Of a stretch of DNA of 64,000 bases, positions 41,815 to 56,764 are shown one piece after another; within the stretch, counting starts at the first letter, position 1; every line of letters begins with the position of its first letter. Source of the DNA: Octopus sinensis (taxonomy: Eukaryota); assembly GCF_006345805.1 (NCBI RefSeq), contig NC_042998.1, positions 160,518,001-160,582,000 of the forward strand, written 5' to 3'. The position numbers and the translations under genes were made by a program. Under the pieces are notes generated by a model, which did not search any database, was not told the origin of the DNA, and was given only the letters and a program-made list of their open reading frames with translations.

Positions 41815-42350
41815 AATCATCATCATCATTTAATGTCCATTGCTCATGCTGGCATGGGTTGGATGATTTGACCAGGGCTGGCAAACTGAGTGGCTGCACC
41901 AGTCTCCAGTCTGATTTGGCATGATTTCTATAACTGGATGCCTTTCCTAACACCAACCACTCTGGGAGTGTAATGGGTGCTTTTACATGCCACCTGCATG
42001 GGTACCAGTTGTGTGACACCAGTATCTGCCATGATTATGATATGATTTCACTTGACTGGATAGGTCTTCTACTCAAGCATGGAATATTGCTGAAAGTCTC
42101 AATCATTTGTTATTGCCTCCATGAGGCCAATGCTTGAAAGGTGCATTTTACATGCCACTAGTTACACAACACCAACATTAGCCACATTGCCTCTGTGAAA
42201 CCCAATGCTTGAAAGGTGCTTTTTATGTGCCACAAGCACAGGTGCCAGTTACATGATACTGGTATTGGCCACAACTACACTTTCATTTGGCTTATCACTA
42301 AAGGTCTCAGTCATTTGGCATTGCCTCTGTGAGGTCAGCATTTGAAGATA
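41815..42350 (-). mobile_element. RTE 3' UTR fragment with internal repeats
   Basis: (CAT)n tail followed by sequence matching 28480-29130. Confidence 0.8.
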
Positions 42351-44911
42351 CAGTTTCAAATTTTGCCACAAAGGTAGCAATTTTGCGGTAGACAGGTAAG
42401 TTGGTTACATCAACCCCCTGTACTCAACTGGTACTTATTTTATTGACCCCTGAGGCAAAGTCAACCCCAGCAGCATTTGATCTCTTAATGTGAAAACAGA
42501 TGAAATGCCGCTGAGTATTTCACCTGGCATGCTAACAATTCTGCCAGCTCATAATATTAATAACTTCAGCAATAATAATAGAATTGCAATAGTAAATCAC
42601 ATATTAATTTTGCTTTTTCTTCCCTAGTAAGTAATGGTAAAGTTCCTTCCCAAGTCATATAGACTCATAGGACCTGTTCCCCTGTTTCCATGGCATATAT
42701 ATTCCCCACCTGAATGGGACACTGGTCCATCGCATGATTACTTATTTTTGCCAGCTGAGTGGACTGGACCAACATGAAATGAAGTGCTTTGCTCAGGAAC
42801 ACATGTCACCCGGTCCAAGAATCAAAACCACAATCTCACGATCATGAGTCCAACACCCTAACCACTAAGCTACACACCTCCACTTTCTTCCTTAAATGAG
42901 AAAAAATATGTGTCATTGGTTGTTGTACTGTTAGTTATTAACTCTCACAACACACATTCTGTTAGATCAATTTTAAGTTTCACTTTACTCATTACAAACT
43001 ATTTATCATGCCGGCATGGAAAATGGTTATTAAATAATAATGATGAATTAACTACATCTGTTTTAGTTATAGTGGGAACACCAAAAATTGTTTGGTAATT
43101 GTGGCAGAGGGAGATCCAGGAAGACATGGGGCGAAGTATTGAATTCTGATCTCAAACTGCTGAACCTTATGAAGGAGATGATAGAGGACTGAAATATGTG
43201 GTGCATTGCTGTACTTGAGAAGACCACCACCCCCAACAGAAGTGAGATTCTAAAACCAAGATGCCACATAAAAAGTATTGGTTTGAGTGCATGGGAAAAG
43301 CACTGATGCTGGTGCCATGTGAAAAGTACCCAGTACACTTTATGAAGAGGTTTGCATTAGGAAGGGCATCCAGCCATAGAAAGCAAGCCAAAATAGACTA
43401 TAGAACCTAGTGTGACCACTGGCCTTGCCAGTTTCTGTCAAGTCAGTATGGACAATGGACATTAAATGTTGATAATGATATCTCTGCAATACAACTTTCT
43501 GTTCTAAGATCAAATTTTGTTAAAATCAATTTAAATTGTGTATCCCACTGGTGTTGCTTGTAAGATATAAATGCAAAAGCCTTAAGACATGTCATAAATG
43601 ACAACATCTTGTGCTCAAAACATTGGCTTAGATATTCGATTGATTGCATGTTGTGTGATTAAGTGTGCTTTACAACCACATAATTTTGGGTTCAATCCCA
43701 CAACATAGCACTTTGAGCAAGTGTCTTCTCATGTTAAACAGTATTTTTTTGAGTGAAATTTAGTTGATCGAAATTGTGCAGAGGGCTGTCATTAAGGTGT
43801 TGGACTCATGTTCATAAAGATGTAGGTCCAGTCCCTGAACCCAGTAGCAGGATTTTATTCTTGAAAAACACTTCATTTATGTTGCTCCAGTATATTCAGC
43901 TCAAATGAGTTCCATCCAAGTGCAGGTACAGCTACCCTCTCCCTCCAGATGTCACATCCTGGATGCTCCACTGGGTCAAAAGCAAGAAAGTTAAGAGGGT
44001 ACCTGTGTATGCTTGCAACTACAGAGTGACCTAAAACAATTAATGAAAGATTGGTACTTGTACTTGCAGTGGCATTGGCCTAAGGTTAGTTGAGCTGTCT
44101 TTCAGCTAATGAGTTCACCATGTCCCCATCACAAATGCTGATTACATCTGATGGTTGGCTACAGTTTGAAGCTGTATGCTTCCACTGCTGAAGGCAGTAG
44201 ATGTTGGGGCCCAGCTGTGCTCCCACATCCACTTTTATTGTCACTAGCTATGTCTTCAGTTTTCCTCTGGCTTGTTTGTGCCAGCCTGGGAGGGGAGCTG
44301 AATTGACTGCCTTGTGAATGAATTCCCCCAGAGGCTGACGGAGAGTATTGCCAAGTCACCTTAGACATCTTGTGAGCAGAGTTTGTTGCAGAGAGTTGAT
44401 GTAACAGCATTGTCATATGCTGTGCTATGTCATACTCATTTTTGAGTGCCAGGTATATTTATATATGTTCATATATAAGCATGCATATGTGTGTGTTTAT
44501 GTTTTGGTGTTCTTTATTTTATTTCCTTTTGTGTCCTGTTATGTAGCAGTTTCAAAGATATAGAATACTAAAATAAGTACCCGGCAGAAATAGATACTAA
44601 AGTTAAAATATTCAACAAAACCCTTGAAGGCAGGTTTTTACTTTTGCTGCAGTTTGATGACTGAAACCAGCAAAAGTATAGATTCTCAACTGGAACCAAT
44701 TATGGCTACCTAACAACAGTCTATTACTCTTGTTATTGTGTTGTGTAGTACAAACTGTAAATATATATATCATCATCATCATCGTTTAACGTCTGCTTTC
44801 CATGCTGGTATGGGTTGGATGGTTTGACTGAGGACTGGCAAGGTTTCTACAACTGGATGCCCTTCCTAATGCAAACCACTCTAAGAGTAGTGATTGTTTT
44901 TACATGTCTAT

Positions 44912-44972
<61 letters not shown>

Positions 44973-45577
44973 GGCACAGGCGTGGCTGTGTTGTAAGAAG
45001 GTTGAGAAGAAGACCCATCAAACCAAGCAAAATTGCAGTTGTGGCAGATACTGATGTCACACAAATTGGCACTTGTACTGATGGCACATAAAGACACCCC
45101 AGTGGCATGTAAAAGCACCCATTACAAGTTCAGAGTGGTTGGCATTAGGAAAGGTATCCAGCCGTAGAAAACCATGCCAAATCAGACTGGAGTCTGGTGC
45201 AGTCCTCCAGCATGCCAGCCCAGTCAAACCATTCAACCCATGCCAGCATAAACAATGGATGTTAAATGATGATGATGGTGGTGATGATAATGATGACGAT
45301 GATGATATATATGTTTGTGTGTCTGTGTTTGTTCCCCCACCATCGCTTGGCAACCGATGTTGCTGTTTTTCGTCCCCATAACTTAGCGGTTTAGCAAAAG
45401 TGACCGATAGAATAAGTATTAAGCTTACAAAGAATAAGTCCTGGGGTTGATTTGTTCAACTAAGGCAGTGCTCCAGCATGGCTGCAGTCAAATGACTAAA
45501 ACAAGTAAAAAAGTAAAAGAGTATATATAAATTATTATTAAGGTGGCTATCGCAATTTACACACACACACATATATA

Positions 45578-46304
45578 TCACCTTGATCACCTTGACCGAC
45601 CAGTCTGTCAAGCGTCCATTTGACACCGCTGGTCACAGCATGCTGTCCACTCCTCTGGATCACGCTTTTCTCATCCACGTGTTCCCAATCGTCCTTCTGA
45701 AATCGTAACTCCACCGTCATGGAGGTCTTCTGGGTGGTCTTTTCCGCTCGCGCGGGTACCACTCAACAACTGCGTGCGTCCACCGATTATCTGTGAGCCG
45801 GGCAACGTGTCTAGCCCATCTATACTTGCTGCGTGTATACTCTGCGATGACATCTCTCATGCCGGACCTCTTTCTGATGATCTCGCTACTTATGTGCTCT
45901 CTCAACGAGATACCAAGCATTGACCTTTCCATGGCTCTTTGAGCCATTACCAGTCTTTGCTCTTCTCTCTTTGTGGTAGCCCATGTTTCACTACCATATA
46001 ACATTGCAGGCAGAACTGCACTGTTAATGAGGTTGGCGCAGGTGGTCCTGTCCAACCTTCCCTTGAGCACATCCCTTATGCCATTGAACGCCTTCCATCC
46101 GGCCCTTACTCTCCGTGAGATCTCCTTTTCGATATCTCAGCACATATCTACTTCCTGTCCCAGGTCGCTCTAGAGTGTTACTGGTAACATGTAATCCAGT
46201 ACAACCTGTTGCATGGTTGGGATGTCGGCGACTAAACTGACAACCCCACCAGGCTCGCTTGGTGAGGAGGGTGCTGTTGGACTCCCTGTGGGATGGAAAA
46301 TAAG

Positions 46305-46309
<5 letters not shown>
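45578..46309 (-). mobile_element. Internally deleted RTE LINE of a third lineage (putative 5' UTR joined to the RT C-terminus), inserted in (TA)n
   Basis: ORF 45717-46070 VLPAMLYGSETW..QRAMERSMLG..WARHVARLTDNRWT..EWYPRERKRP; GC- and CpG-rich; CAAGGTGAT x2 tail; TA repeats on both flanks. Confidence 0.88.
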
Positions 46310-46359
<50 letters not shown>

Positions 46360-47956
46360 ATATATATATGTATAACACAATCTATTATATAATAATACAC
46401 TATTATTGGTATAATGTTGGTCAGATCTTGTCATGGTTACACATTGAACAGTTTTGAGAAATAAGTCATTTTACATTTTATAGAAATAATTCTGTATCGC
46501 ATCTCAGTTGTTAAGACACTGAACATCTGAACAAAAAATAGTCATTTGTTAATGATACTCAATTATTTTCTTATTGATAAATTCCAATGAAAGAACAATT
46601 GTTATTAAATCACTAGTCTATCAGCTTTGCTCTATATACAGCTGTGATTCAGTAAAGAAAATAAGATGAAGCTCAGATCAACTTATTTTCCATATAGCTT
46701 CCTTAAGCTTTGCCTAAATTACTTTAAAAAGCTTTGATTCTAGCATTGCTATTTTACTGAAGTACTATAAGATCATGTTAGAAAATTAGCAAAAAAGTTC
46801 AGAAGTAAGAAATTTCTTTCTCTAGTTATCTCCATCAGCTGATTAATTCTTGGTGGTCATCACAAGAATCAGAATTAAATCTTCATCACTGGAATTGAGA
46901 ATAATGTATTGGACCTAATTTAAAAGAATTGTCTTGTATTTGAACTTTATGACTTTTTTTATTTTTATTGGTTGTTGATTTAATATCTGTCAGCATGAAC
47001 TTTAGCTGCATCTTGACGGACTTTTTTTGTGGCCTGGGAAAAGATAGTTAATGGCCTAAAAACACTTTTTATTCAACAAATTTTAAAACAGGCAACAGAA
47101 ATATAAAAGAGGATCAAGTGAGCTTAAGAAGCTTGCTTTGCAACTATGTGAGTTTGGGTTTGATACCATTATGTGGAACCTAGAGAAAGTGTCTTCTATC
47201 ACAGATTCAGGTCAACCAAAGCTGTGTAGAAGCTCATCAGAGTGGATGTTCCATCTCCAACTTCAATACCACCATCTGGCTCTTAAATGCATTTAGTGCT
47301 GGTCTCTCATTAGCCTTGAAAGCCTTTAAAAACATCAGAGGCACTGTTTTTTTTTCTGTTAACTTAAACAATTTTGTTTAAAACAACTATATAAATATAA
47401 ATGATATATGCATATTATTTACCATCTAACAGTAATGTAATAGTTCTCTTAGTGTTTCATACAGTTTCTTTGTTAGTGTTCATTTTGTCTACACATTATA
47501 TTGCTTTAATATAATTTTTGTTTTGTTTTGTTTCTTTTTATTTTTATGTAGCTTGATTTTCCTGCACACCTTTATTAATTTCATAATTTAATATCCAGTC
47601 TGCTTATTTTGTTCATTTATAAAATTGTAATATTTATATAATGATAATATCTTCTTCTCATGTGATGTTAAATAACATGTTGCAGCCACTCATTAGTTTT
47701 ACATTCTAAATTTCTTTGTCTTTAATCACACCAATCTGAATAGATGTTTTAATGTCTTTCATGTATTTACCACCACCTCCACCTTTTTGTCTCCTACTTG
47801 TTATGTAGGTGACCAAACAAACAAATATGAATGATGCATATTATTTATTGCCAAATGACTGAAATTCCTTGTTTCTTTCAATAATCATTGAAATATGTCG
47901 ACCAACAGTTAATATTTCTCTGAATAAAATTTAAGAAACCATAATTTTATGTCTTC

Positions 47957-48186
47957 TTAACCCTTTTGATACCAACCCACATGAAACCACCTCTGGCTCT
48001 GTAGTACAAATGTCTTGTTTTCAAAAGTTTTGAATTAATGTCTTCCATCAAACCTTAGTCACAATTTATGTTCCTAACACTAGCTTAATTATAACTAAGC
48101 TATTTTACTAAATTCTTTGTTATATTTAAAATTAATTGAAAGAAACACAGAGCATCTCAACAGAAATATGGTAACAAAATGGTTAA
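47957..48186. mobile_element. piggyBac-like MITE with TTAA TSD
   Basis: TTAA|CCCTTTTGATACCA ... TGGTAACAAAATGG|TTAA. Confidence 0.8.
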
Positions 48187-48701
48187 ACTGTCAATTTTGT
48201 AATATATAAGGTGTGAGTTGGCAGAATCATTAGCATGCCAGGCAAAATGCTTAGAGCATTTCGTTCATCTTTATGTTCTGAGTTCAAATGGTCAACTTTG
48301 CCTTTTATCCTTTTGGGGATCAATGAAATAGAGACTAGTTGAGGACTGGGGTTGATGTAAGCATCTGACATCCTCTTTTGAACATCCTTGCCTTGTGCCA
48401 AAATTTGAAACCAATATTTTGTAATATAAAAGATTTCTCCAACACATCATCATTCCATTAAGTTTCCAGCCAAGAGATTACACTGAGTCACCTAGATTCA
48501 CCTCAAACTATATAAAATTGGTGTCCAAAAGAAAAAGGAAAGTTTTTGAAGTTTCTGAAAATTGTTGTTCAAAATTTTAGTTAGACTCCAGTAATACCTT
48601 GTTTAGAACTGATTCAGTATTGTGCTTATTTTCTTTTTTTTCATTCTTTTCTTTTATTTCATTTTTGGAGACAGTATATTTTCAGTAGAATATAATTATA
48701 A

Positions 48702-49190
48702 CTAGCAGGCCTTGTGAAAATTGTACGTCCCATGAATTTTCTTTCTTTATTTTGATGTATGAATTTATACATTTTGTTTTGACATGTTAAAGATTTTTAT
48801 AATAATATATTAAACAACAGATTAAGGTTATTGAAGAAAAAAAGCATGTTAATTCTGATGCTCTATCATTCATGTTTTTCATCATATTTGATTCTTTTCT
48901 TAAAGCTCTTCCTGATATTCTGCCTGCTGTTCTTTGTTCATGTTATTTTGTCAAACTTCTCTCTCAGTGTTGTTGTCACATAGAATGAGCTAGCTGTTTG
49001 CTGTCCTTATTCTCTTTGCGTATCTATTGACTTTCTCTTTGATATCATAGGCATCCTGCATGCTGATGCTCAGTCATGTTGGCTCTTCTTATCTGTTGGT
49101 TGTGTCTTAAACTTTCTCTTGTTTCCTGTTTTTCTTCATCTTTCATCCTTCACTTGTTGATTCATGTGTTCAAGTTCATTCCATAGTGAA
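48702..49190 (-). mobile_element. Possible old Helitron remnant
   Basis: The minus strand ends in a degenerate hairpin plus CTAG|T at 48702; upstream RRANMTEHQH..QRE repeats resemble Helitron N-terminal Arg/Glu repeats. Confidence 0.35.
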
Positions 49191-49375
49191 GTTTGTTTAA
49201 ATATGAAGTGAGTTAAAAAATTTATAGTGATGGTTGATGTTGGTTTGTTTACATATTCATAACTTAGCAATTCAGCAATAAACAAGAAAAATTACCATAT
49301 TTTAAAAATAAGTCCTGGGATTGAGTCGTTTGTCTAAACACTTCATGACAGTGCCCTGGCATGGCCACAATGACC

Positions 49376-50730
49376 TTACCATTATCAGTAAAGAATGTAA
49401 CTTATTCCATGAAAGAAAATTAGACATGTTATATGGTTGATGGTGGTTGATGATATGGTTAAGGTAATTTATCATAATGGAGTAAGTGAGGAGCATTTTT
49501 AGACTCTTACAAGATGATGATTCCAAAGCACTCACTGCTAATAGAAGTTAGTTTGATAGATTCAAATGGTAGCATAACCTGTACATCATCCATATCTCTG
49601 GTGAAGCTGCAAGTACAGACAACCAGTTAACCAAAGAGTGTTCCAGGTTCTTAAGAGTATCACTGAGCATGATTACACTTCTCACCTTGTATTCAATGTA
49701 GCTGAAATGGGTTATACTGAAAAAGAATGCTTTCCATCCTTTTCATCTCCCAGGAGAAAGAAAAGGAGAGAAGAAGAATAGGTTCTGGGCTTGAGACCAG
49801 GAAAAACGACTTAATACTTTTATATGGTGGTAACACTTCAAATTTCAAGCTTGTTTATTATTTAGAAGCATCACAACCAATGACAGAATATCAAAGACAT
49901 ACATTGCCTGTGATTTAGAAATTAAACAAAGAAGTTTGAAGTACAATAGAAATTTTTATATAAGGCTTGTACCCAGCATTGAAAAGTTTTATGAGAAATA
50001 TGACCTTGAACCTAAAGCAGATCTGCATTCCTGTTAAAGTAGTTACCTACTATCAAACACCACTTCTTGTTTCCAATCAGGGTATTAGTTCTAATATTAA
50101 AACCTGCTACAATAGTTGCATTTTCAAATAAGTATTGGGAACTTTTGGATAAATAGGATAAACAATCTATCAGGAACTTTTGGAAAACCCCATATCATGA
50201 AGGCCAGAGAAAATAGCAGAGCAATTTAAAATGAAGTTATCAAAAGTGATATGAAGAGAATCTGTAATATGTCAAGAGCCATGCAATGATTTCTTGGAAT
50301 TTTATGAAGGAAAATTTTTAATGATAACCAGCATTATTAATGACACTGGAGGGAGGATGCAAAATGCTAATGAAGGGAGAATGCAAAAGTCCAAAGCTGA
50401 AGATTTTGTGGAGTTAATGGCAAGAGTTAATCTATGGCAGAGCATCAGCAATTAGAACAGCAACACATCTAAAGTAAACCCAAAAGATCTTATTGTAGGG
50501 TCGGTAACACCAGAAAAAATTCTTATATCTGAATTCCTCAATAACAGCATCACAAAGATTACAGAAATTATGAACCAGCTCACTGAGAATGACTCAAGGC
50601 AGAGAGATTTGTTCTGGACATGTGAACTGCTTCAGGAGAAAACATTTAAGAAATCATAGATGGCATTAGATGCATTCTTTGAAAAGTAGCCAACGTGCAA
50701 GAAAGAGCAACAGCCTGGACCCTCATTCCA
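49376..50730 (+). mobile_element. Decayed Tigger/pogo-type (CENP-B/DDE_1) transposase
   Basis: Remnants IHISGEAASTD; VFNVAEMG..KRML...FISQE; LLYGGN; P.NQGI..NIKTCY; many stops and frameshifts. Confidence 0.8.
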
Positions 50731-53700
50731 AATATAGCATCTCCTATTTTGCAATGCAGCTTTTCAACTAATTTAATTGTTTCTAAACTTATGTCCTTGT
50801 AATTAAATTTATTTATTTATACAATTTTAATTAGACCTTAAGGAACATTAGACCTTAATTAAACTTGTTTTCTAATTTCATCATAACTTTGTATTACAAC
50901 ATGTTACATCACATTCTGCAAGGTTACCTAAGGTTATTAAGCTATTGATGTTTATCACCTTAATTTGTGTTTTGTCTCTGTTGAAAATAGCCTTTCAAGC
51001 TCATGTATCTATATATGGGCTGTGTTATAATGACTCCATATTGTACTATTTTGTTTAATTCTGCATTTTGTGGAATGTATCTAAGCACTAAGTTTCGCAT
51101 CATCAAATTGGTTATAGTAGTAAAAGTTTCATATTTTTGATACTTCACCTGAATTATGTATTGAGTAAAGTTTAGTTAAAAATACTTGAACTTTATTTCC
51201 ATCATTCTGTAATTTATATACCTTGCATAAGCATTAAGGAAAGAATAGCAGTGCTAACTTTTTTATGATCAGAAGTTTCTTTCAATTGCTGCTAGGGGTT
51301 GTTGTGTTTATGTCTTTTCCAAGATTATTTGCAATGCAAAAGAACTGAAATTACAACTCAAAAATCAAAATAGGATGATAGATTTAATTTGCTAAGAGCT
51401 TGCCTTATACTCTACAGAATTCACTGAAACATCATTTACATAGTTAAAAAAATAAAGAGAACCAATTTTTGGTATAACCATTATGAAGATTCTGACTAGC
51501 TTCCATTAGATATCTTCTTAATAACAATATCTAAACCAGAACTCTAATAATTTTCTGCCACTGGAGGCATTATTGGTATTTGGCGTCATCACAGAACCAT
51601 TAATATAAACATAAAAAATACACATCCTTTAAACACAAAAAGGGCAAGTTTCCTGGAAGTTTCTAGAACCATGAGAAATATCTTTTTGGCAAACTTCCTA
51701 AGTTTTTCAAGAATTTTACTATAATTTTATTTTCTTGTGAAAGAATGCTTAAACTATTCTTTAAAAAAAAAAAAAAGAAAAATGAAAACTGGATATATGT
51801 CATTTTTACCTACATACAACCCTTTACATTTGCCAAAAGAGAAAAAAGAAAACTGTGAAAACAATATACCCTTAAAGATTTTTGTTTGTAAGTTGCCAAG
51901 TTCTCTTAAGCAATCCAAAATAACTGGGGGAGTTGAAAGCATTCCGGAAAGGATTCAGTATGAATCAGGAAGTTTTAATTTATAGAGTGTGACATATTTC
52001 CTGTTGTTAGGCTCTGACTTGCTGTACAAGATGATGATAATACCATTCTTTACTTTTATATAATCTCTCTATGAACACCTTTTGAGTCTACCTTGTGAGT
52101 TTCAGCTAATTTAAAGAATAGTGAAGAGCTTTGAAATAGAAAGAAGTTTGAAAGAAAAGCAAACATCAAGATTGATCAGATTAAGCTAAAACTTCATGTT
52201 ACATATATGTATGTGTGTATGTAATGTATGCATTAAGGCTAAATTCACTAAGAATTAAGGGTAATTTCTTTAATAATAGAAGGTTGATACATTGATTACA
52301 AATGAACAAACATAGCTGTAATTTATACTATCCCAAAAAATCTATTTAAATTCATTGAATTCACTAAGAAAATTAAAATGGCTGGAGAAAACAAATCATT
52401 CAGTTTTATTTCTAGATACACATCAACATAGTAATGAATTTGTCATAGAATTTATCTAAATATTTCTACAGATTTAAGGCATAAGAAAATAAATACAACT
52501 AAGTCTTCAAATATATTTAATCATGCCAACATGGAACATGGATGTTAAAAGACTATGATGATATGCTTACCTAAGGTTAGGAAGTGCCTAGTTAGTTTTT
52601 TCTTGAACTATTATTGTGATAAGTGTTGTAGCTAGGCAGATCTGTCTAACCCATACATAAAGCTCAGGTATTAAACCTATTGGTGAATATGAAGGAGTTA
52701 AGCCTCAACTACTTAATCAGATGGAGCCAAGTTCTCTGCTACTTCAATCAGTTGCCATTTATGATTATGTGAAACTGATACATATATATTTCTTCCTTCC
52801 ATCATATCAACTTAATGATAGTATTATATGAAATACCATATCAGATCTTAGTTTTCAGTGGTAACAGTTTGCTTACTTAAGAAGATGCTTCTGCAGTTTC
52901 TTTTTGTCTCTGTTAAAAAATATGAGTAAATGTGTGTGTGTATGTGTGTAGTATGTATGTCAAGCAATGATAGAATGAACACACTGATACAATGATAATA
53001 TTCTTTTACAAGAACCAGCTAAATTGTGAGTGGTGTATAGTTTGTTATTACTTGTATAAGCAATCAGAGGAGTTGAGTTCACAATGACTGTGATTGAAGC
53101 TTATTGGAAGAGATAGATGTTGTAAGACAAAACTCCCTTTATTGGAACTAATCCAGTCCAATCTGAATTAGGATTGCAAAATTCTTCCCATCCGTACAAT
53201 GAGTGAAACAATTGATGGTGGCATATGATAGCATCTTATAAACAGTAGAAAGAAGAAATTGTAGATGGATAAGCTTAATATTCATGTGAGGCCAGCTGAA
53301 GTAAGGCAAATGTATCTTGTGTTAATGGTTGAATTGGGAAGCTGGCTGGAATTGTTTCAAAAGAACCTAACATGAAATTATGATTTATTAACGAAAAATA
53401 TCTTTTCGTTCTATCAAGTTCTCAAATGTAAGAGTTGATTCTTTCAAATTGCTATTAGTCTAAGTGTCAGTCTACCGCTGAATTACAGTCTATTTTCATA
53501 GTTGCTCTTTATGTAGACACCTGAAACCCATTCACATAGCTAATATCTGCACAAAAGCATACAAGGATATGATACATTTCCTGTACACCCACTTTCTTTC
53601 CATCTTGCTTTGATTTTATGTATGTATGTATTTGTGTGAATATGTATACAATGGTTTTGTGTATAGAAATGTACATGTACATACACAGTTGATTTAGAGA

Positions 53701-54606
53701 TGTCTTTTAGCTCAAATTAATAAAGATTTGTAATTTCCTTTTCAACTTAAAATATGTGAAGAAAATAAATTCATACAGTAATTAAGGAAAATATTTTGTA
53801 TGTAACTAAAATCTGTCTGGTTTAGTACAAAAACATAATATTTTTTTCCTGGTAAGTTTCATTGTAAACCAAACTGAGCCTGTTTTTTCTTATTGTTATT
53901 TAAAGAATTGCATTTGAATCCTTCTGTTTTTCACTTTTATTAATATTATTATTATCATTATTGTTGTTATTATTATTATTATTTTTGTTTTGTTTTATTT
54001 CTGTTTATTTCCAAAATGTCAAAATAGGGAAAATATAAAATGCAAACAATAGGATATTGAAGTTTAAATATATTAAAGGTCAGCAAACTATGAAAATTTT
54101 TATTATCACATATTTTTATATTTATTTTTCTGCTCTTATACTTGAGACCATTCCTATCACCATATCCATCTTTTACACCTTACCTTTGAACTACTATCTC
54201 AACATTGTTTCTTCCAAGCTGAGAACAGAGTCTCTATGTGATTACTCAGCCTGCTAGAAATAGTTACCAAATCTCAAATCACACACCAATCTCTTAATAT
54301 GGGAGGATACGTTAAATATTCAGTTTTTACAAGTATTATGCCTGATAAAAGGCAGGAACTTTGTAGCTGGAAAACCTTTGATCATAGATCTAATCAATCT
54401 GGGCTGACTTGGGGCTTAATCAAAAACAGCATTTTTGTTACAGCTATATAATCCCTCCAGTCACATTATTTAAATCAACCAATTATTGTTACTATATTAT
54501 TTGATATTATTCGCCTCACTCTACCTCACACCTGTATACATACATACATTCATACCTCACACATGTATACATATACACTCACATGCACGTGTGCATGCGT
54601 GCGCAT

Positions 54607-54661
<55 letters not shown>

Positions 54662-55634
54662 ACATATTCAGTGGTACTTATCCAATAATTACTAAATTAC
54701 AAAAACATATTTCATCTAAATTTGCTGGCATCTTACTGAGATATGAAAGAGTTGCAGAGTCATTGTGAGTCGTGGACATGAACTATTTCTTTCTACTTAT
54801 TTAGATGAACAGAATGAGCAAGATGTAAACATTCTTAAGCAATCCAAGATATAATTAAGTATTAGTTAATGATGTAGTGAGTGAATTTTTAACCAACTGA
54901 AATTTATATATTTGTTATGAGAAGAAAAATTATTAACATTAATGACAATTTTTATAGGGAAGGCAAGGAGGAGAATTCTGTAATTTAAAATAATTAGAAA
55001 TTAAATGGGGATATGCAGTGGGATAGGGACACTAATCTTTACTAAGTATGGGGACAATTTAATATATTCTTCAACATTAGTAGACCTCCTTTGTCAATGA
55101 GGAATAGTGTAACATATACTTATGGATGATTAATTTCCACACAATAAAAACATTTTCTAAAAGTCATCCAACTTTTAGAGGAGTAAACTGTTAACCGTAC
55201 TTACTCCTGCTATCATATTCTTTGAGATAACTTGAAACAACACTATGTTTCCTGGTATAAAATTATTTTGTTATTTTGGAATCAATAACAAAGTACATGG
55301 GTGACCTCAGAAAATTTTTATGTATTGGAAGTGAAACAAACCTCTCTTTGCCATACTTACTCACTCACTTACTCACACACAAGTGTATTTGGGGACCCCT
55401 GGCATTCTCAGACCCCAGACCATATCCCTGTTTGTTACTATAGAGGTAAAGATGGTTATCCACAAGTGCAAGCCTCATGGGTTAGAGTGGCTGTTCTTGC
55501 ACATCTCCCTCACCATCCTCCCAAGCATCAGCTTTTCCATTTTGGCCTCTGGGACCATGTGGCAGTCTGAATTACAAGAAATTGAGAGAATGTGAATTTC
55601 ATAGCCTACTACATGAGCAATAACTTATAGAATA

Positions 55635-55808
55635 GGTGCAGGTGTGGCTGTGTGGTAAGAGGCTTGCCTTCCCAACTACATGATTCTGGGTTCAGTCCCA
55701 CTGTGTGGCACCTTGGGCAAGTACCTTCTGCTATGTCATCGGGCTGAACAAATCCTTGTGAGTGGATTTAGTAGACAAAAGCTAAAAAAAGCCCATTGTA
55801 TGTATTAT

Positions 55809-55848
<40 letters not shown>

Positions 55849-56060
55849 GGGTGGGGTGTCAGTGTTTGTCCCCCACCACCATTGCTTGACAACTGATGTT
55901 GGCGTGTTTACGTCCCTGTAACTTGGCAAAAGAGACTGATAGAATAGGTACTAGGCTTACAAAGAATAAGCCCTAGGGTCAATTTCTTTGACTAAAAAAT
56001 ACCCTTTAAAGCAGTGCTCCAGCATGGCCACAGTCAAATCATTGAAACAAGAATTAAAGA
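55635..56060 (+). mobile_element. Family A SINE
   Basis: Full head, microsatellite and tail layout. Confidence 0.88.
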
Positions 56061-56764
56061 ATATTTTAGTGTTACAGTATTGTTATTGTTCTTGTCAACC
56101 TAATGCATGTATTTTATAGTTGCTATCTGCTCACTTTCATGTTCTGTTCTCCACCTCTGTTCTATATTTTTCTATTCGTCCTTTCTAGCTGAATGTCAAT
56201 AGAAATATTCATGTCCAGATGATTCTATGTCTACAGTCACCAATATTTATTAGTAAAATTTGCACATTATCGTTTAACCAAATTTAGTCCAGCTAGGTTC
56301 TGCTGTACATCAAAAGGCGTTTTTCTAGTGAGATGCTGTTTCTCAAATACAAGACTGAGTTTGTTTAAACCTACTTATCAACCCTGAAGTGTTTAAGTAC
56401 TCCAGAAATTAGGAGACCCCTTGCTGTTATATAGAAGGGGCTTGTTTATGAATGGATGTACTTTAAGCATGATGTAACTACTCCCAAACATCAATGTCCT
56501 TAGAATTATTTTTTTCTACTTCAATGCTCTTGTTAGTGCCAACAAGTACATAACAAATGAAATGAAGTGTTAGGTACATTTATTACTGTGAGTGCTACTG
56601 TGTCACCCTAACACTGGATCTTTGAAGTCATTTCCAACACAATAACACCTGTTATTCTTCCCAGGCCTTCTTTTAACTATAGTTAGATCTTGCAGAATAA
56701 AAACATTGCAAGAATTGCTTATTGCAACCAACATATAGAGAAACTTCTCACAAAAATAACCAGA

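Noticed and set aside
50960-51148. 62-codon minus-strand ORF starting right after TTCAG
   Set aside because: Weak polypyrimidine tract, no recognisable homology, no supporting neighbouring exons.
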